Source of the DNA: Candidatus Magasanikiibacteriota bacterium
GTDB lineage: Bacteria > Patescibacteriota > Patescibacteriia > Magasanikbacterales > UBA922
Length of the DNA stretch: 64,000 nucleotides
Direction: 5' to 3'
Assembly (NCBI GenBank): GCA_041674805.1
Contig: JBAYVA010000003.1
Span: 91,029-155,028, forward strand
The notes below the pieces were generated by a model. That model had not been told where the DNA came from and did no database searches. It was given only the letters and a program-made list of their open reading frames with translations. The translations under genes and the position numbers were made by a program. Shown piece after piece: positions 37,933 through 48,195 of this stretch (position 1 is the stretch's first letter; each line of letters begins with the position of its first letter).

Positions 37933-40761
37933 ATGCAAGATAAAATAAAAGTAATAAACGCTCGAGTACACAATTTAAAAAATGTCTCAGTCGAAATACC
38001 AAAAAATAAATTAACAATTATCACTGGTTTATCTGGTTCTGGTAAATCATCACTCGCTTTTGACACTATTTATGCAGAAGGTCAAAGACGCTATGCTGAA
38101 AGTCTAAATGCTTATGCCAGACAATTCATGGATATGCAAGACAAACCAGATGTAGACGAAATCCAAGGTCTCTCCCCTACTATTGCTATCAACCAAAGAA
38201 ATTTTGCCAAAAATCCCCGCTCTACTGTTGGCACAACTACCGAAATTTATGATTACTTGCGTCTGCTTTTTGCTCGCATCGGCAAGCAATGGTGTCCAAC
38301 TTGTAATATCCCTGTAGAATTTTTTAACTCAGGAAAAATCATTGAAGAAATTAGAAAATTAAAGAAAAAAAATTCTGAACTTTTTTTGTTGTCACCAATT
38401 TTACGCCAACAAAAAGTAAATCTAAAAAATTTAAAAATAAAAATAGAAAAAACTGGTTATAGTAATTTTCTGATCAATAGCGTCAACGTCTCTATCGCCA
38501 ATCTAAAAAATTTCAAATTCAATTCAGATTATTTGTACGATATAGATATTGTCATCGAAAGATTGAGTCAAATTTCTCTTAGTGATCTTACCAAACATGT
38601 AGAAAAAGCATTAGACTATTCCAATGGCTTTGTCAAAATTTATGATGAAGACAAAGATGAAACAATTACCTACTCCCAAGTACCAATGTGTAGTCAATGT
38701 TCTCGTGTATTTGAACCAGTTGAACCTCGCACTTTTAGTTTCAATAGTCCTTATGGAGCTTGTCCTCGTTGTACAGGTCTTGGCAGAACTCTAGAAGTAG
38801 ATACCGAACTTGTCATACCAAATCCAAAACTAACAATTGAAGAAGGCGCTATCCAACCTTGGACCAGACTTGTTGGTAACCAAATTTACTATCAAGAACT
38901 TATTGCCAAAGTAGCCGAAGCTCACAATTTTTCAGTAGACATACCAGTAGAACAATTACCAAAAAAAGTAATTGATATAATTTTTTATGGTACGGAAAAA
39001 CAAGAATACGAAATAAATGGTAAAAAAACAATTTATGAAGGTGTCGTACCTCATTTAACCAACAAATATCTTACTAGTAAATCAGAATACATCAAAAAAG
39101 AAATAGAAAGTTACATGCACGAAAAAGCTTGTTCTATTTGTGATAAAAAAAGATTGAAAAAAGAAAGTTTATATGTAAAAATTTCAGATTTTAGTATTGC
39201 CGATATTGTAGAAATGAGTATTGGCGAAGCTCTAACTTTTTTCAAAGATATAGAAAAAGGTAAATCAGAACTCACCAAAAAATTAGAAGAAAAACAAATA
39301 GAAGTAGCGGTATCTATTTCCAAAGAAATACGTCGTCGTCTTGATCATATAGAAAAAGTAGGTTTGTCTTATTTAACATTGGATAGATCTGTTAGTACTC
39401 TTTCTGGTGGTGAATCACAAAGAGTAAGATTGTCAACTCAATTGTCTGCAGGCTTATCTGGAATTATCTATATCTTGGACGAACCATCTATTGGTTTACA
39501 TCCAAAAGACAATGCCAAACTAATAGAAACTTTGAAATCTCTAAGAGACTCTGGTAATACTGTCATCGTCGTAGAACACGATCAAGCTATTATGGAAGCC
39601 GCTGACTATCTTATTGACATTGGTCCTGGCGCCGGTGAATACGGCGGTCAAATCATGGCTTCTGGCACAGCTGAACAAGTCAAAAAAGACAACAAATCCA
39701 TGACCGGACGTTATTTAAGTAAAAAAGAAAAAATAGATATTCCCAAAAAACCTCGCAAAGGCAATGGCAAAGATATACGTATAGAAGGTGCAACTGCCAA
39801 CAACTTAAAAAATATTGACGTGAGTATTCCACTAGGTAAATTGGTGAGTATTACTGGTGTTTCTGGTTCTGGAAAATCTACTCTTATCTTAGATATTTTG
39901 AGCAAAGAATTAGCCAAAAAATTCTACCGTGCCAAAGATGAACCAGGTGATCACAAGACTATCAAAGGATTGAATAATATAGACAAAGTCATTACTATTG
40001 ACCAAACTCCTATCGGACGTACCCCTCGCAGTAATCCTGCTACATACACTGGGATATTTACTCTCATTCGTGATTTGTTTGCTGAATTACCAGAATCAAA
40101 AATGTTAAGTTATAGTGCTGGTACTTTTAGTTTCAATGTCAAAGGTGATGGACGTTGTGAAGCTTGTGGAGGTGAAGGTTATGTAACTATTCCAATGCAT
40201 TTTTTGAATGATGTTTATGTAGAATGTAGTGAATGTCATGGTACTCGCTATACTCGTGACGTTCTTGAAATCCATCACAAAGACAAAAATATTGCTGAAA
40301 TATTAAATATGACTGTAGAAGAAAGTTACAAATTTTTTATGCATGACAAAAATATTGCTGAAAAATTACAAGTCTTACGCAATGTAGGCTTAGGTTACTT
40401 ACAACTTGGTCAACCAGCTACCACTCTCTCTGGTGGTGAGGCGCAACGTATCAAACTAGCGACTGAATTGTCTCGTCGTTCAACTGGCAAAACTCTTTAC
40501 ATTCTTGATGAACCAAGTACTGGTTTGCACTTTGAAGACATCAAAAAACTTTTACACGTTTTAAATCAACTGGTAGACAAAGGCAATACTGTGCTTATCA
40601 TCGAACACAATTTGGATATTATCAAATCAAGTGACTGGATAATAGATTTAGGTCCTGAAGGTGGCAAAGCTGGCGGTGAAGTAGTTGCTGAAGGTACAGT
40701 AGAAGACGTCATCAAAGTAAAAAAGAGTTGGACTGGAAAGTATTTGAAGGGAGTGGTGTAA
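37933..40761 (+). CDS. uvrA: Excinuclease ABC subunit A
   Basis: Two ABC ATPase modules ([22 protein letters not shown]) and zinc-finger CxxC motifs. Start reassigned to [17 protein letters not shown]. Confidence 0.95.
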   Translation: MQDKIKVINARVHNLKNVSVEIPKNKLTIITGLSGSGKSSLAFDTIYAEGQRRYAESLNAYARQFMDMQDKPDVDEIQGLSPTIAINQRNFAKNPRSTVGTTTEIYDYLRLLFARIGKQWCPTCNIPVEFFNSGKIIEEIRKLKKKNSELFLLSPILRQQKVNLKNLKIKIEKTGYSNFLINSVNVSIANLKNFKFNSDYLYDIDIVIERLSQISLSDLTKHVEKALDYSNGFVKIYDEDKDETITYSQVPMCSQCSRVFEPVEPRTFSFNSPYGACPRCTGLGRTLEVDTELVIPNPKLTIEEGAIQPWTRLVGNQIYYQELIAKVAEAHNFSVDIPVEQLPKKVIDIIFYGTEKQEYEINGKKTIYEGVVPHLTNKYLTSKSEYIKKEIESYMHEKACSICDKKRLKKESLYVKISDFSIADIVEMSIGEALTFFKDIEKGKSELTKKLEEKQIEVAVSISKEIRRRLDHIEKVGLSYLTLDRSVSTLSGGESQRVRLSTQLSAGLSGIIYILDEPSIGLHPKDNAKLIETLKSLRDSGNTVIVVEHDQAIMEAADYLIDIGPGAGEYGGQIMASGTAEQVKKDNKSMTGRYLSKKEKIDIPKKPRKGNGKDIRIEGATANNLKNIDVSIPLGKLVSITGVSGSGKSTLILDILSKELAKKFYRAKDEPGDHKTIKGLNNIDKVITIDQTPIGRTPRSNPATYTGIFTLIRDLFAELPESKMLSYSAGTFSFNVKGDGRCEACGGEGYVTIPMHFLNDVYVECSECHGTRYTRDVLEIHHKDKNIAEILNMTVEESYKFFMHDKNIAEKLQVLRNVGLGYLQLGQPATTLSGGEAQRIKLATELSRRSTGKTLYILDEPSTGLHFEDIKKLLHVLNQLVDKGNTVLIIEHNLDIIKSSDWIIDLGPEGGKAGGEVVAEGTVEDVIKVKKSWTGKYLKGVV

Positions 40762-40879
40762 AACTAATAAAATTAAATGAAAACAGAGTTGAAAGGCTCT
40801 GTTTTTTGTGGTTGCAAGAAAATTCCAATAATGATAGACTTAAAATACAATAAATTAAAATTGTTAAATATAAAAATTT

Positions 40880-41719
40880 ATGCCAGAAGAAAGTTTACTT
40901 AAAAAAAATGATGCAATAACCTTTTTAAATATTAATGAGGGAGAGTTCAAAAACTATAGTACTTTTAGCAATGAAATAGAAGGAGTAAAAATTAAAGGGC
41001 GATGGTATTTTGATAAGGAAAAACTTAATATATGGAAACAATTAAAAAAAGAAAGGACAATAAATTTATCAATAAAAGAATACGAAACTTGTTTTGAGTT
41101 TGCTATAAAAATGGTTTATGGCGGACTTTCTTTAAATGGAATAAGAGGACAAAGAACAGAAGTTCAAGCTGCTGATGATATAATACTTGGAATATTAGCC
41201 GAACATGCAATCAAAAAATTTCTATACAATAAGTTTTCAATTGATATAAAATTAGACGAATCTGTACATCCAAAAGAAATCACACCTCAAGATTTTGACA
41301 TGATTAAAGATGGTAAAGAATTTAGAATACCAAATCTTGGAGTAGGTATAAAAGCAAGTAAAATAAAAAATGCTTTTTTAGTTTTAGGTTCAAATGAAGT
41401 GGAATTACCTGAAAGAAAAAGTGATGTATATATATTTGCAAGAGTTGGTTTACCAAGTGATCATTTATTTAGAATATTAAGAGATCATTCATTCTTTGGA
41501 AAAGTTAGAAAATTTCTTGATGAAAATATAAATTTTAAAAAAATACTAGAATTAAACACAATTCCAGTTTGGATCTGTGGTTTTGCTTATGTAAATGAAC
41601 TTGAACGAGTAACAGAAATACCAAATCAAAAATTCACTAAGGGCCATAGATATGTAAAAGCTGTTGGTAAACTTCATAACTCTGATACAGAATGGCAAAA
41701 TTTTCTTCAAAAATTATAA
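40880..41719 (+). CDS. Hypothetical protein; candidate restriction endonuclease partner of the adjacent C5-MTase
   Basis: No recognisable family. Call rests only on convergent position immediately next to the methyltransferase gene. Confidence 0.2.
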   Translation: MPEESLLKKNDAITFLNINEGEFKNYSTFSNEIEGVKIKGRWYFDKEKLNIWKQLKKERTINLSIKEYETCFEFAIKMVYGGLSLNGIRGQRTEVQAADDIILGILAEHAIKKFLYNKFSIDIKLDESVHPKEITPQDFDMIKDGKEFRIPNLGVGIKASKIKNAFLVLGSNEVELPERKSDVYIFARVGLPSDHLFRILRDHSFFGKVRKFLDENINFKKILELNTIPVWICGFAYVNELERVTEIPNQKFTKGHRYVKAVGKLHNSDTEWQNFLQKL

Positions 41720-41721
41720 AA

Positions 41722-43290
41722 TTACTCAATCGCTCTTCTAATCTGTTTTGCGACAGCTTTGACAACAGGAACACTCACAGAATTACCAAATTGTTTATAA
41801 AGAGCTGAATCAGACATACCTTTTGGAAGTTTAAAATCCATTGGAAAACCTTGTATTCTAGCACATTCAAGAGGAGTCAGTTTTCTGATTCCTTTTTTAT
41901 CTTTAATAATTGGTACATTATGTCCACCCATTCCCATATTTGCTGTCAAAGTAGGACAAACACCTTTTTTATTTTCACGAACGTATTTTCTACGCCATTG
42001 ATATACAGTATTTGAATTTGTAACATCACCTTTTATCTTTTCATAAAGAGGTTTACCATCATAATAATATTTTTCATCCACATTATCTTCTAACAAATCT
42101 TTTATACTTTTTTTCAATTTTATTGTGGGTGGAAAATTAAATTTTTCATAATGTTTTTTGTCTCTAAAACCAACAATATAAATTCTTTCTCTATTTTGTG
42201 GCACATTACCATATTCCATACTATTCAAAACTTTTGATTTTACATGATAGCCAAGAGATTCCAAAGTATCCAATATAATTCTAAAAGTTTTTCCATTATC
42301 ATGATTTTTCAAATTTTTTACATTTTCAAGCATGAAACCCATTGGTTTTTTTTCTTTTATAATTCTTGCAACATCAAAAAATAAGTTTCCCCTACCTTTC
42401 TTATCATCAAACCCTTCTCTATATCCTGCAATAGAAAACGCCTGGCAAGGAAACCCTCCAAGCAAAAAATCAAAATCTGGTAGTTTTTTTTCATTTACTT
42501 TTTGAATGTCTTCTACAAAAAGTTGAATTCCATCAAAATTTAAGTCATAAGTGTCTTTACACTTTGGTTCAAAATCATTTGCAAACACAGTTTCAAACCC
42601 AGCTTCTTCAAAACCAAGTCTTATTCCACCAACACCTGCAAACAAATCAATAGTTTTGAAGTTTTTTGTTTTTTGTTGTAATTGACTATTGAAATCCCTA
42701 ATTATTTTTACAACAACACCACGAACTTCTACTTCTGTACGATAAAATGGAAGCAAATTTTGATTTGCTGGTTGTAATTTGAATCTATTTTTCTCTTTGT
42801 ATAACTTTTTTAAAGTTGCTTCATTTTCATCTACGATAGCAACTACTGTTTGTCCATTATCTGCATAATCTTGTTTCTTTATTACCACAATATCACCATC
42901 GAAAATACCATCTTCAATCATACTGTCACCAGAAACTTTCAAAGCATACAATTGTTCAGGATCAAAATAAGTATCTCTCGCAATAGTGATAGTATCTCCT
43001 CTAGTTTCTAATGCTTCAATTGGTTGACCAGCAGTAATTGTGCCAACAAGTGGAATTTCTAAAGTATCAATTTTACCAAGTTCTCTAATACTAAGGCCTC
43101 TTGTAGCATTTTCATCCCGCATAATATAACCTTTATCAATAAGTGCGTCTACATGTTGATATACACCAGACAGAGCATTAAGTTTAAAATTTTTTTTCAA
43201 CTCTTCAAAAGTAGGAGAATAACCTTTTTTTTCTATAAAAGATTTTATGTAATCAAAAATTTGTTTTTGTCTCTTAGTTAAACTAGGCAT
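41722..43290 (-). CDS. LexA-like repressor (wHTH + S24 peptidase) fused to a DNA (cytosine-5)-methyltransferase
   Basis: Residues 1-200 align to LexA along its length. LTKRQKQIFDYI matches LTARQQEVFDLI. IPLVGTITAGQPI carries the Ala-Gly self-cleavage site. LKVSGDSMIEDGIFDGDIVVIKK carries the catalytic Ser. VVAIVDENEATLKKL carries the catalytic Lys. The C-terminus has C5-MTase motifs: I DLFAGVGGIRLGF, IV GGFPCQAFSIAG, VI ENV, X QFGNSVSVPV. Confidence 0.8.
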   Translation of the reverse strand: MPSLTKRQKQIFDYIKSFIEKKGYSPTFEELKKNFKLNALSGVYQHVDALIDKGYIMRDENATRGLSIRELGKIDTLEIPLVGTITAGQPIEALETRGDTITIARDTYFDPEQLYALKVSGDSMIEDGIFDGDIVVIKKQDYADNGQTVVAIVDENEATLKKLYKEKNRFKLQPANQNLLPFYRTEVEVRGVVVKIIRDFNSQLQQKTKNFKTIDLFAGVGGIRLGFEEAGFETVFANDFEPKCKDTYDLNFDGIQLFVEDIQKVNEKKLPDFDFLLGGFPCQAFSIAGYREGFDDKKGRGNLFFDVARIIKEKKPMGFMLENVKNLKNHDNGKTFRIILDTLESLGYHVKSKVLNSMEYGNVPQNRERIYIVGFRDKKHYEKFNFPPTIKLKKSIKDLLEDNVDEKYYYDGKPLYEKIKGDVTNSNTVYQWRRKYVRENKKGVCPTLTANMGMGGHNVPIIKDKKGIRKLTPLECARIQGFPMDFKLPKGMSDSALYKQFGNSVSVPVVKAVAKQIRRAIE

Positions 43291-43401
43291 AAGACTATTG
43301 ACTATTTAATTAATTTAGGTATATAATATCATTATACCGAAAATTAACAGAATTTAAAAGCTATCTTTATCCACAGTTTAAATTAACAAAAGAATAGACA
43401 T

Positions 43402-44808
43402 ATGATTAAAAAAGAGGAGATAGATTTAAAAGTCAAAGAATTTAAAATTCACAGATCAAATGTAGAACGTGACTATATCTTTGGATGGTTTCTTTTTGGA
43501 TTATTCACAATAAGTGATCTAAAAGAAAATATTTTTTTAAAAGGAGGTAATGCATTACGTAAGTGCTACTTTGAAAACACACGTTTTTCTTCGGATATAG
43601 ACTTAGGAATACCTGGGGACATTAATCAAGAAATATTAATGACAGAAATAAACAAAGTATGTGACTTTATACAAAATAAAACAAAGATACTATTTTCAAA
43701 AGAAGAAAATCGTATTGATGAAAAATTTTCAGCAACTGATGCCCCAATACCTGATCTAAAAGTCTACGAAGTAAGAATATATTTCAAAGACTTTTATGGA
43801 GATGCAGATCATTTAAAAATAAAAATATCAATGGACATAACTAGATTTGACAAAGTCTTACTACCAATTCAAAACTTAGATTTAATACACCCATATTCTG
43901 ATAAAAATCAGTTAAACTGTAAAATCAGATGCATGAAGCTGGAAGAAATAATAGCAACAAAACTTAAATGTATTCTACAAAGGCAACATGCCCCTGATTT
44001 ATTTGACTATGTCTATTCAATAAAACTACCTGAGAGTACTCTCAATAGAAAAGAACTAATTCAAACTTTTATCAAAAAAACAATATTTTCTAAAAACCCA
44101 CACGTAGTTAAAGAAATACTAATTAAAACACAATTCAAATATTTTAAAGAAATGTGGACTAAAACTATTATCTGTGCAAAATCTATTATGTTTGATGTAG
44201 AAGGAGCAATAGAAACTTTTATTTCTGATATGGAAGAAATATTTAAAATTTATCCCAATAGTGGATTACGAAATTTTACTTTTTTCGAAGCTACTTTAAG
44301 ATTACCGATAATGGAAGCCGGAAGAGCACAAACTCTGTTGAAAGTAACTTACAAAAATGAAGAACGAATATTAGAACCATACTCATTAAAGTATAAAGAA
44401 AGAAAAGATGGTACAGAATGGGAATATTTATACGCTTATAAATTAAACGGTGGAAAAAGTGAACCAGGCATAAGAAGTTTTCTTGCAAAAGACTTTCAGT
44501 CCATAGAGAATACAGAAAAAAAATTTACACCACAATATCAAATTGAACTATGTAAAGCTGGTGAAATACCAGAAAAAAAATACCTTTTTGACCAAAATAA
44601 ACCAGCCAAAAGACCAAAATTAAAAAACATTTTTAATTCTTATCTAGGTAAAATCAAAAATGAAATCCGATACATTTATGAATGTAATTATTGTGGAAAA
44701 AAATTTACAAAAAATAAAAATACCCCCATTATTAGAAAGCATAAAACAAAAGGTGGATATCTTTGCAATAGTGTTTATGGATATTATATAGATACAAAAT
44801 ATTATTAA
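43402..44808 (+). CDS. AbiEii/AbiGii-family nucleotidyltransferase (type IV toxin-like) with a C-terminal Cys-cluster extension
   Basis: N-terminal VERDYIFGWFLFGLF...FLKGGNALRKCYFENTRFSSDIDL matches the DUF1814/AbiEii signature. 468 aa, versus roughly 300 typical. C-terminal CNYCGKKF...LCN. Confidence 0.65.
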   Translation: MIKKEEIDLKVKEFKIHRSNVERDYIFGWFLFGLFTISDLKENIFLKGGNALRKCYFENTRFSSDIDLGIPGDINQEILMTEINKVCDFIQNKTKILFSKEENRIDEKFSATDAPIPDLKVYEVRIYFKDFYGDADHLKIKISMDITRFDKVLLPIQNLDLIHPYSDKNQLNCKIRCMKLEEIIATKLKCILQRQHAPDLFDYVYSIKLPESTLNRKELIQTFIKKTIFSKNPHVVKEILIKTQFKYFKEMWTKTIICAKSIMFDVEGAIETFISDMEEIFKIYPNSGLRNFTFFEATLRLPIMEAGRAQTLLKVTYKNEERILEPYSLKYKERKDGTEWEYLYAYKLNGGKSEPGIRSFLAKDFQSIENTEKKFTPQYQIELCKAGEIPEKKYLFDQNKPAKRPKLKNIFNSYLGKIKNEIRYIYECNYCGKKFTKNKNTPIIRKHKTKGGYLCNSVYGYYIDTKYY

Positions 44809-44809
44809 A

Positions 44810-44838
44810 AAACCACTTTCCCAAGTGGTTTTTAATTT
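44810..44838 (+). terminator. Intrinsic terminator (left copy of a near-identical pair)
   Basis: aaaaaccactttcccaagtggtttttaattt, directly after the AbiEii stop. Confidence 0.65.
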
Positions 44839-44895
44839 GCTAGAAAATACCGATAATGCTAAACTTAGGCTATAATTTATATATCATATTTTGCT

Positions 44896-45513
44896 ATGGA
44901 AAAAAATTATTTAGAAAAAAATATAAAACATTTTAGTCGACGTGAATTTTTTTATCAATTTTTACTTGCTTTAGTTCCCTACTATTTGGGAGTAAAAATT
45001 GGAGTAAAGCAGAGTTGGGGTAATCTTATGATTGGCATTCTACTAGGTTTTATTGTGGTTATTTTTTTATATCTACGTGATCATAGTGTCAAAAATCTTA
45101 AAAATTATACAAAAGGATTGAAACTAGAAAAACAACTACAGAAAAAATTAGACACAATGAATATCACCTATGAAAAAAATCTTAAGACAAACAATGGTGA
45201 TTTAGATTTATTAATCCAAAAAAATAATAATTATTATGGTATAGAAATCAAAAATTGGTCTGGTACTGTCGAATGGAAAAATAACCTTCTTATGTCTGGG
45301 ATATATGACAAGACAGACATATTGAAAAAATTGTTGGGCAGTTGTCTTTTTATAAAAAATAGTAAATTTGGTGAAAATCCAAAAATATTTGTAAAACCTG
45401 TCCTTGTCTTTGGCTACGAAACCAACTTAAAAATACCAAACAACAAAATCATATTCCACAATATAGAAATACTCATATTTAGCATACAAGATTTACCACA
45501 AAATTTAAATTAA
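44896..45513 (+). CDS. Membrane-anchored NERD-like / PD-(D/E)xK nuclease-fold protein
   Basis: Two N-terminal TM helices. GDLDLLIQKNNNYYGIEIKNW gives D...E-I-K spacing typical of NERD/PD-(D/E)xK. Confidence 0.45.
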   Translation: MEKNYLEKNIKHFSRREFFYQFLLALVPYYLGVKIGVKQSWGNLMIGILLGFIVVIFLYLRDHSVKNLKNYTKGLKLEKQLQKKLDTMNITYEKNLKTNNGDLDLLIQKNNNYYGIEIKNWSGTVEWKNNLLMSGIYDKTDILKKLLGSCLFIKNSKFGENPKIFVKPVLVFGYETNLKIPNNKIIFHNIEILIFSIQDLPQNLN

Positions 45514-45568
45514 ATTACTAAACAAAACATGTCTAATGCTAAAATTATTATATAAATAATATTTATCT

Positions 45569-45853
45569 ATGAAAAAATCATTACCCTTTATTTTAGTCCT
45601 CCTCGTCATTATCCTCTCCGCTGCCTACTTACTCTGGCCAAAATACGTTTCTCACGATAAACAAGCCAACAACGTAGAGAAACCTGCCATCGTAGATTTC
45701 TTCGCCTGCGGGGATTATTGTCCCGGCGCACCAGAACAGTACACTGTAAAAGTATATCAAAACGTCACCGATGAAACACAGTGTAAAGATCTTGGTGGCA
45801 CACCAGCTAGCTTCCAAGGTTGGACAGAAGTACATTATTGTCTAGCAGAATAA
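45569..45853 (+). CDS. Small secreted Cys-containing hypothetical protein in a locally GC-rich segment
   Basis: Signal peptide MKKSLPFILVLLVIILSAAYL and 5 Cys. Codon usage is far more GC-rich (about 45%) than the flanks. Confidence 0.5.
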   Translation: MKKSLPFILVLLVIILSAAYLLWPKYVSHDKQANNVEKPAIVDFFACGDYCPGAPEQYTVKVYQNVTDETQCKDLGGTPASFQGWTEVHYCLAE

Positions 45854-45867
45854 AAAATAAATCAACA

Positions 45868-45903
45868 AAAAAACCACTTTCTCAAGTGGTTTTTCTATTT
45901 TTT
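45868..45903. terminator. Bidirectional intrinsic terminator (right copy of the near-identical pair)
   Basis: aaaaaaccactttctcaagtggtttttctatttttt. One loop mismatch relative to 44810-44838. Confidence 0.65.
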
Positions 45904-45909
45904 GAAATA

Positions 45910-46290
45910 TTATTTTACTTCCTCAGCTTTTACTTCTTCAACTACTTTTTCTGTTTTTTCTTCTTTTACTTCTCTCAATTTTTTCTTGTGTGTTCTCAAG
46001 TAATATGGACGAGCTTGAGAAACTTTCATTTGTCTTACTAATTCAATTTTGTCTACTACTGGGGAATGTAAAGGGAAAATTTTCTCTACACCTACGCCTT
46101 CAGAAATTTTACGAACTGTAAATGTTGCTCCAGCTTCTTGACCATGTTTTACAGCGATTACAATTCCTTCATAAAGCTGAATACGTTCTTTTTCTTCTCC
46201 TTTAGCATTGGTTTCTTTTACTTTTTGGTGAACTTTGACAATCATACCTGCCTTAATTTCACCACGAATATCTTTGATTTCTTTTGACAT
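45910..46290 (-). CDS. rplS: 50S ribosomal protein L19 with a K/E-rich C-terminal tail
   Basis: MSKEIKDIRGEIKAGMIVKVHQKV...QLYEGIVIAVKHGQEAGATFTVRKIS core. Track start at 46407 is over-extended; start reassigned to MSKE. Confidence 0.85.
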   Translation of the reverse strand: MSKEIKDIRGEIKAGMIVKVHQKVKETNAKGEEKERIQLYEGIVIAVKHGQEAGATFTVRKISEGVGVEKIFPLHSPVVDKIELVRQMKVSQARPYYLRTHKKKLREVKEEKTEKVVEEVKAEEVK

Positions 46291-46366
46291 ATATTTTTTA
46301 TTTACGAGAGGTTGGCAGTGATTACCCCAACATACAAGATTTTTAATTAAAGTTAGTGCAGACATT

Positions 46367-46957
46367 TTACACAATATTTCCCTTTTTGTCAAGAGCAAAT
46401 AATCCACGTATAATAGCCTCTGCTTGGTCTACTGATTCGTCCAACTTACCCTCTACATTCTCTATTTTATAGTCGTAAATATGACTATATTTTAGCCATT
46501 TTCTAGCATATTCCATTCTATCTTGGACATATTCTTCACTCCTACCATCCCTATTTCTCACCCTCTTTTCCAGTTGTTCTATAGGAGCAAACACAAATAT
46601 ACTAACGAAGCCCTTGTCCCCCCTCTTTTGTAAAGTTTGAATACCTTGAAGATCCAACTTCAAAACACCTACTTTTCCACTATTTCTTACTCTCTCTATC
46701 TCCTGTTTAGTCACACCGTAATAATTTTCATACTGGATAGCATGTTCAAACATTTTGTCCTCTGCTAGCAAATCTTCAAATTTTTCTTTAGTCAAAAAAT
46801 AATAAGGATGACCTTCACTCTCTTCAGGTCTTTTTTCTCTAGTGGTAGTCGTGATTACTCTCTCTATATCAAGTCTCTTCTCCAACGCACTCATGATACT
46901 ATCTTCCCCTGCTCCCGAAGGACCAGAGATAATAATAATAGGGTAAGGTTTTTCCAT
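46367..46957 (-). CDS. gmk: Guanylate kinase
   Basis: P-loop ISGPSGAGEDS and a guanylate-kinase-like fold. Confidence 0.8.
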   Translation of the reverse strand: MEKPYPIIIISGPSGAGEDSIMSALEKRLDIERVITTTTREKRPEESEGHPYYFLTKEKFEDLLAEDKMFEHAIQYENYYGVTKQEIERVRNSGKVGVLKLDLQGIQTLQKRGDKGFVSIFVFAPIEQLEKRVRNRDGRSEEYVQDRMEYARKWLKYSHIYDYKIENVEGKLDESVDQAEAIIRGLFALDKKGNIV

Positions 46958-46961
46958 AAAA

Positions 46962-47996
46962 TTATACCAAACTATCCAAATAATCTTTCAAATTTTTTGG
47001 AATATTTTTTTCAAATGAAACTCTATTTTTTTGTAAATCAGTAAATTCCAAATGTTTGGCATGCAAAAACAATCTATCTAAAACTTGATCACCTTTTTTG
47101 ACCAATTTTTTGTTTACATACAATTTGTCACCAACGACAGGGTGACCAAGAGCAAACATATGTACACGAATTTGATGAGTTCTGCCAGTATGAATCTTGA
47201 TTTTCAACAAACTAAATCTTTTGTATCTTTTTTCTACCCAATATTCAGTCAAAGCATTTTTTCCTTCTTGAATTTTGTTGACATTTTTCAATTTCATTTT
47301 ATCAATTTTTGGACGAGATACCATACGACCATTTTCTCCTCTATCTATATCAAAATCTATTATGCCATAATCTTTGACCAAATTACCATAAACTAAAACA
47401 CTATAAATTTTTTCTACTTTTCTTTGTTTGAATTGTTTTTTTATTTTTTCAAAACTATTTTGATTACGAGCAATTACCAAAAGACCTGAAGCTTCTTTGT
47501 CCAATCTATGAACAATACCAGGACGACGTTCACTATCTCCTACTTTGGCAATTTCTGGATATTTGGCAAGCAAACTAGCTACCAAGGTATTTTTTTCCAT
47601 AGCTTGAGTAGGATGTACCAAAATACCAGCCGGCTTATTTATCACAAGATAATCATCTGTTTCAGCCAATACTTCCAATTTTGCCAATTTTTTCTTTGAC
47701 AAGGCTTTGGTAGTGACAGAATTTGCATCACCTTCTACAAGAAGCTTTTCTGACAATACTTCTATAGTTTTAGCAGAAATAAGCTTTTCTCCTGTCTTTT
47801 TTGGAATCTTGTTGTCCAAGAGTACCAAACCAGCATTAATCATTTTTTGTACTTGAGAACGACTAATCCCTATAACTTTGGATAAAAAAACATCAAGACG
47901 TTCTACACGTCCTTCTTCTGTAATATTAAAAATTTGACTATTTTTAGGATTTTTCATAAGTAGAATGATTATACAGCTAAAGACTTGAAAAATCAA
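46962..47996 (-). CDS. rluD: 23S rRNA pseudouridine synthase, RluA/RluD family, with an N-terminal S4 domain
   Basis: Catalytic HRLDKEASGLLVIARN motif. Confidence 0.85.
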   Translation of the reverse strand: MIFQVFSCIIILLMKNPKNSQIFNITEEGRVERLDVFLSKVIGISRSQVQKMINAGLVLLDNKIPKKTGEKLISAKTIEVLSEKLLVEGDANSVTTKALSKKKLAKLEVLAETDDYLVINKPAGILVHPTQAMEKNTLVASLLAKYPEIAKVGDSERRPGIVHRLDKEASGLLVIARNQNSFEKIKKQFKQRKVEKIYSVLVYGNLVKDYGIIDFDIDRGENGRMVSRPKIDKMKLKNVNKIQEGKNALTEYWVEKRYKRFSLLKIKIHTGRTHQIRVHMFALGHPVVGDKLYVNKKLVKKGDQVLDRLFLHAKHLEFTDLQKNRVSFEKNIPKNLKDYLDSLV

Positions 47997-48036
47997 GAGC
48001 TATCTGCTATAATCTATTTGTTAAAAGTTTGCATTA

Positions 48037-48100
48037 GGGCCAATAGCTCAGTTGGTTAGTCCCGATAACATCGGGATATAACGTTGGGTTGATAGTTCAA
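48037..48100 (+). repeat. tRNA-like pseudo-element, copy 1
   Basis: GGGCCAATAGCTCAGTTGGTTAG + hairpin TCCCGAT-AAC-ATCGGGA + TATAACGTTGGGTTGATAGTTCAA. The tRNA 5' half and a T-arm-like 3' part are present, but D-stem closure and the anticodon stem are replaced by the hairpin. Confidence 0.55.
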
Positions 48101-48120
48101 AAGTTAGTTTTATTTTATTA

Positions 48121-48194
48121 GGGCTAGTAGCTCAGTTGGTTAGAGCACAACGCTTATAACGTTGGGGTCGATGGTTCAAGTCCATCCTAGCCTA
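48121..48194 (+). tRNA. tRNA with anticodon UAU (Ile, AUA-reading) - canonical cloverleaf
   Basis: GGGCTAG-TA-GCTC/AGTTGGTTA/GAGC-A-CAACG/CTTATAA/CGTTG-GGGTC-GATGG/TTCAAGT/CCATC-CTAGCCT-A. Anticodon-loop positions 34-36 are TAT. Confidence 0.7.
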
Positions 48195-48195
48195 C

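Noticed and set aside
43369-43377. Perfect DnaA box TTATCCACA in the lexA-MTase / abiEii intergenic region, possible oriC
   Set aside because: Only a single box, with no cluster, no adjacent AT-rich DUE with 13-mer repeats, and no dnaA or dnaN nearby. A lone 9-mer can occur by chance.
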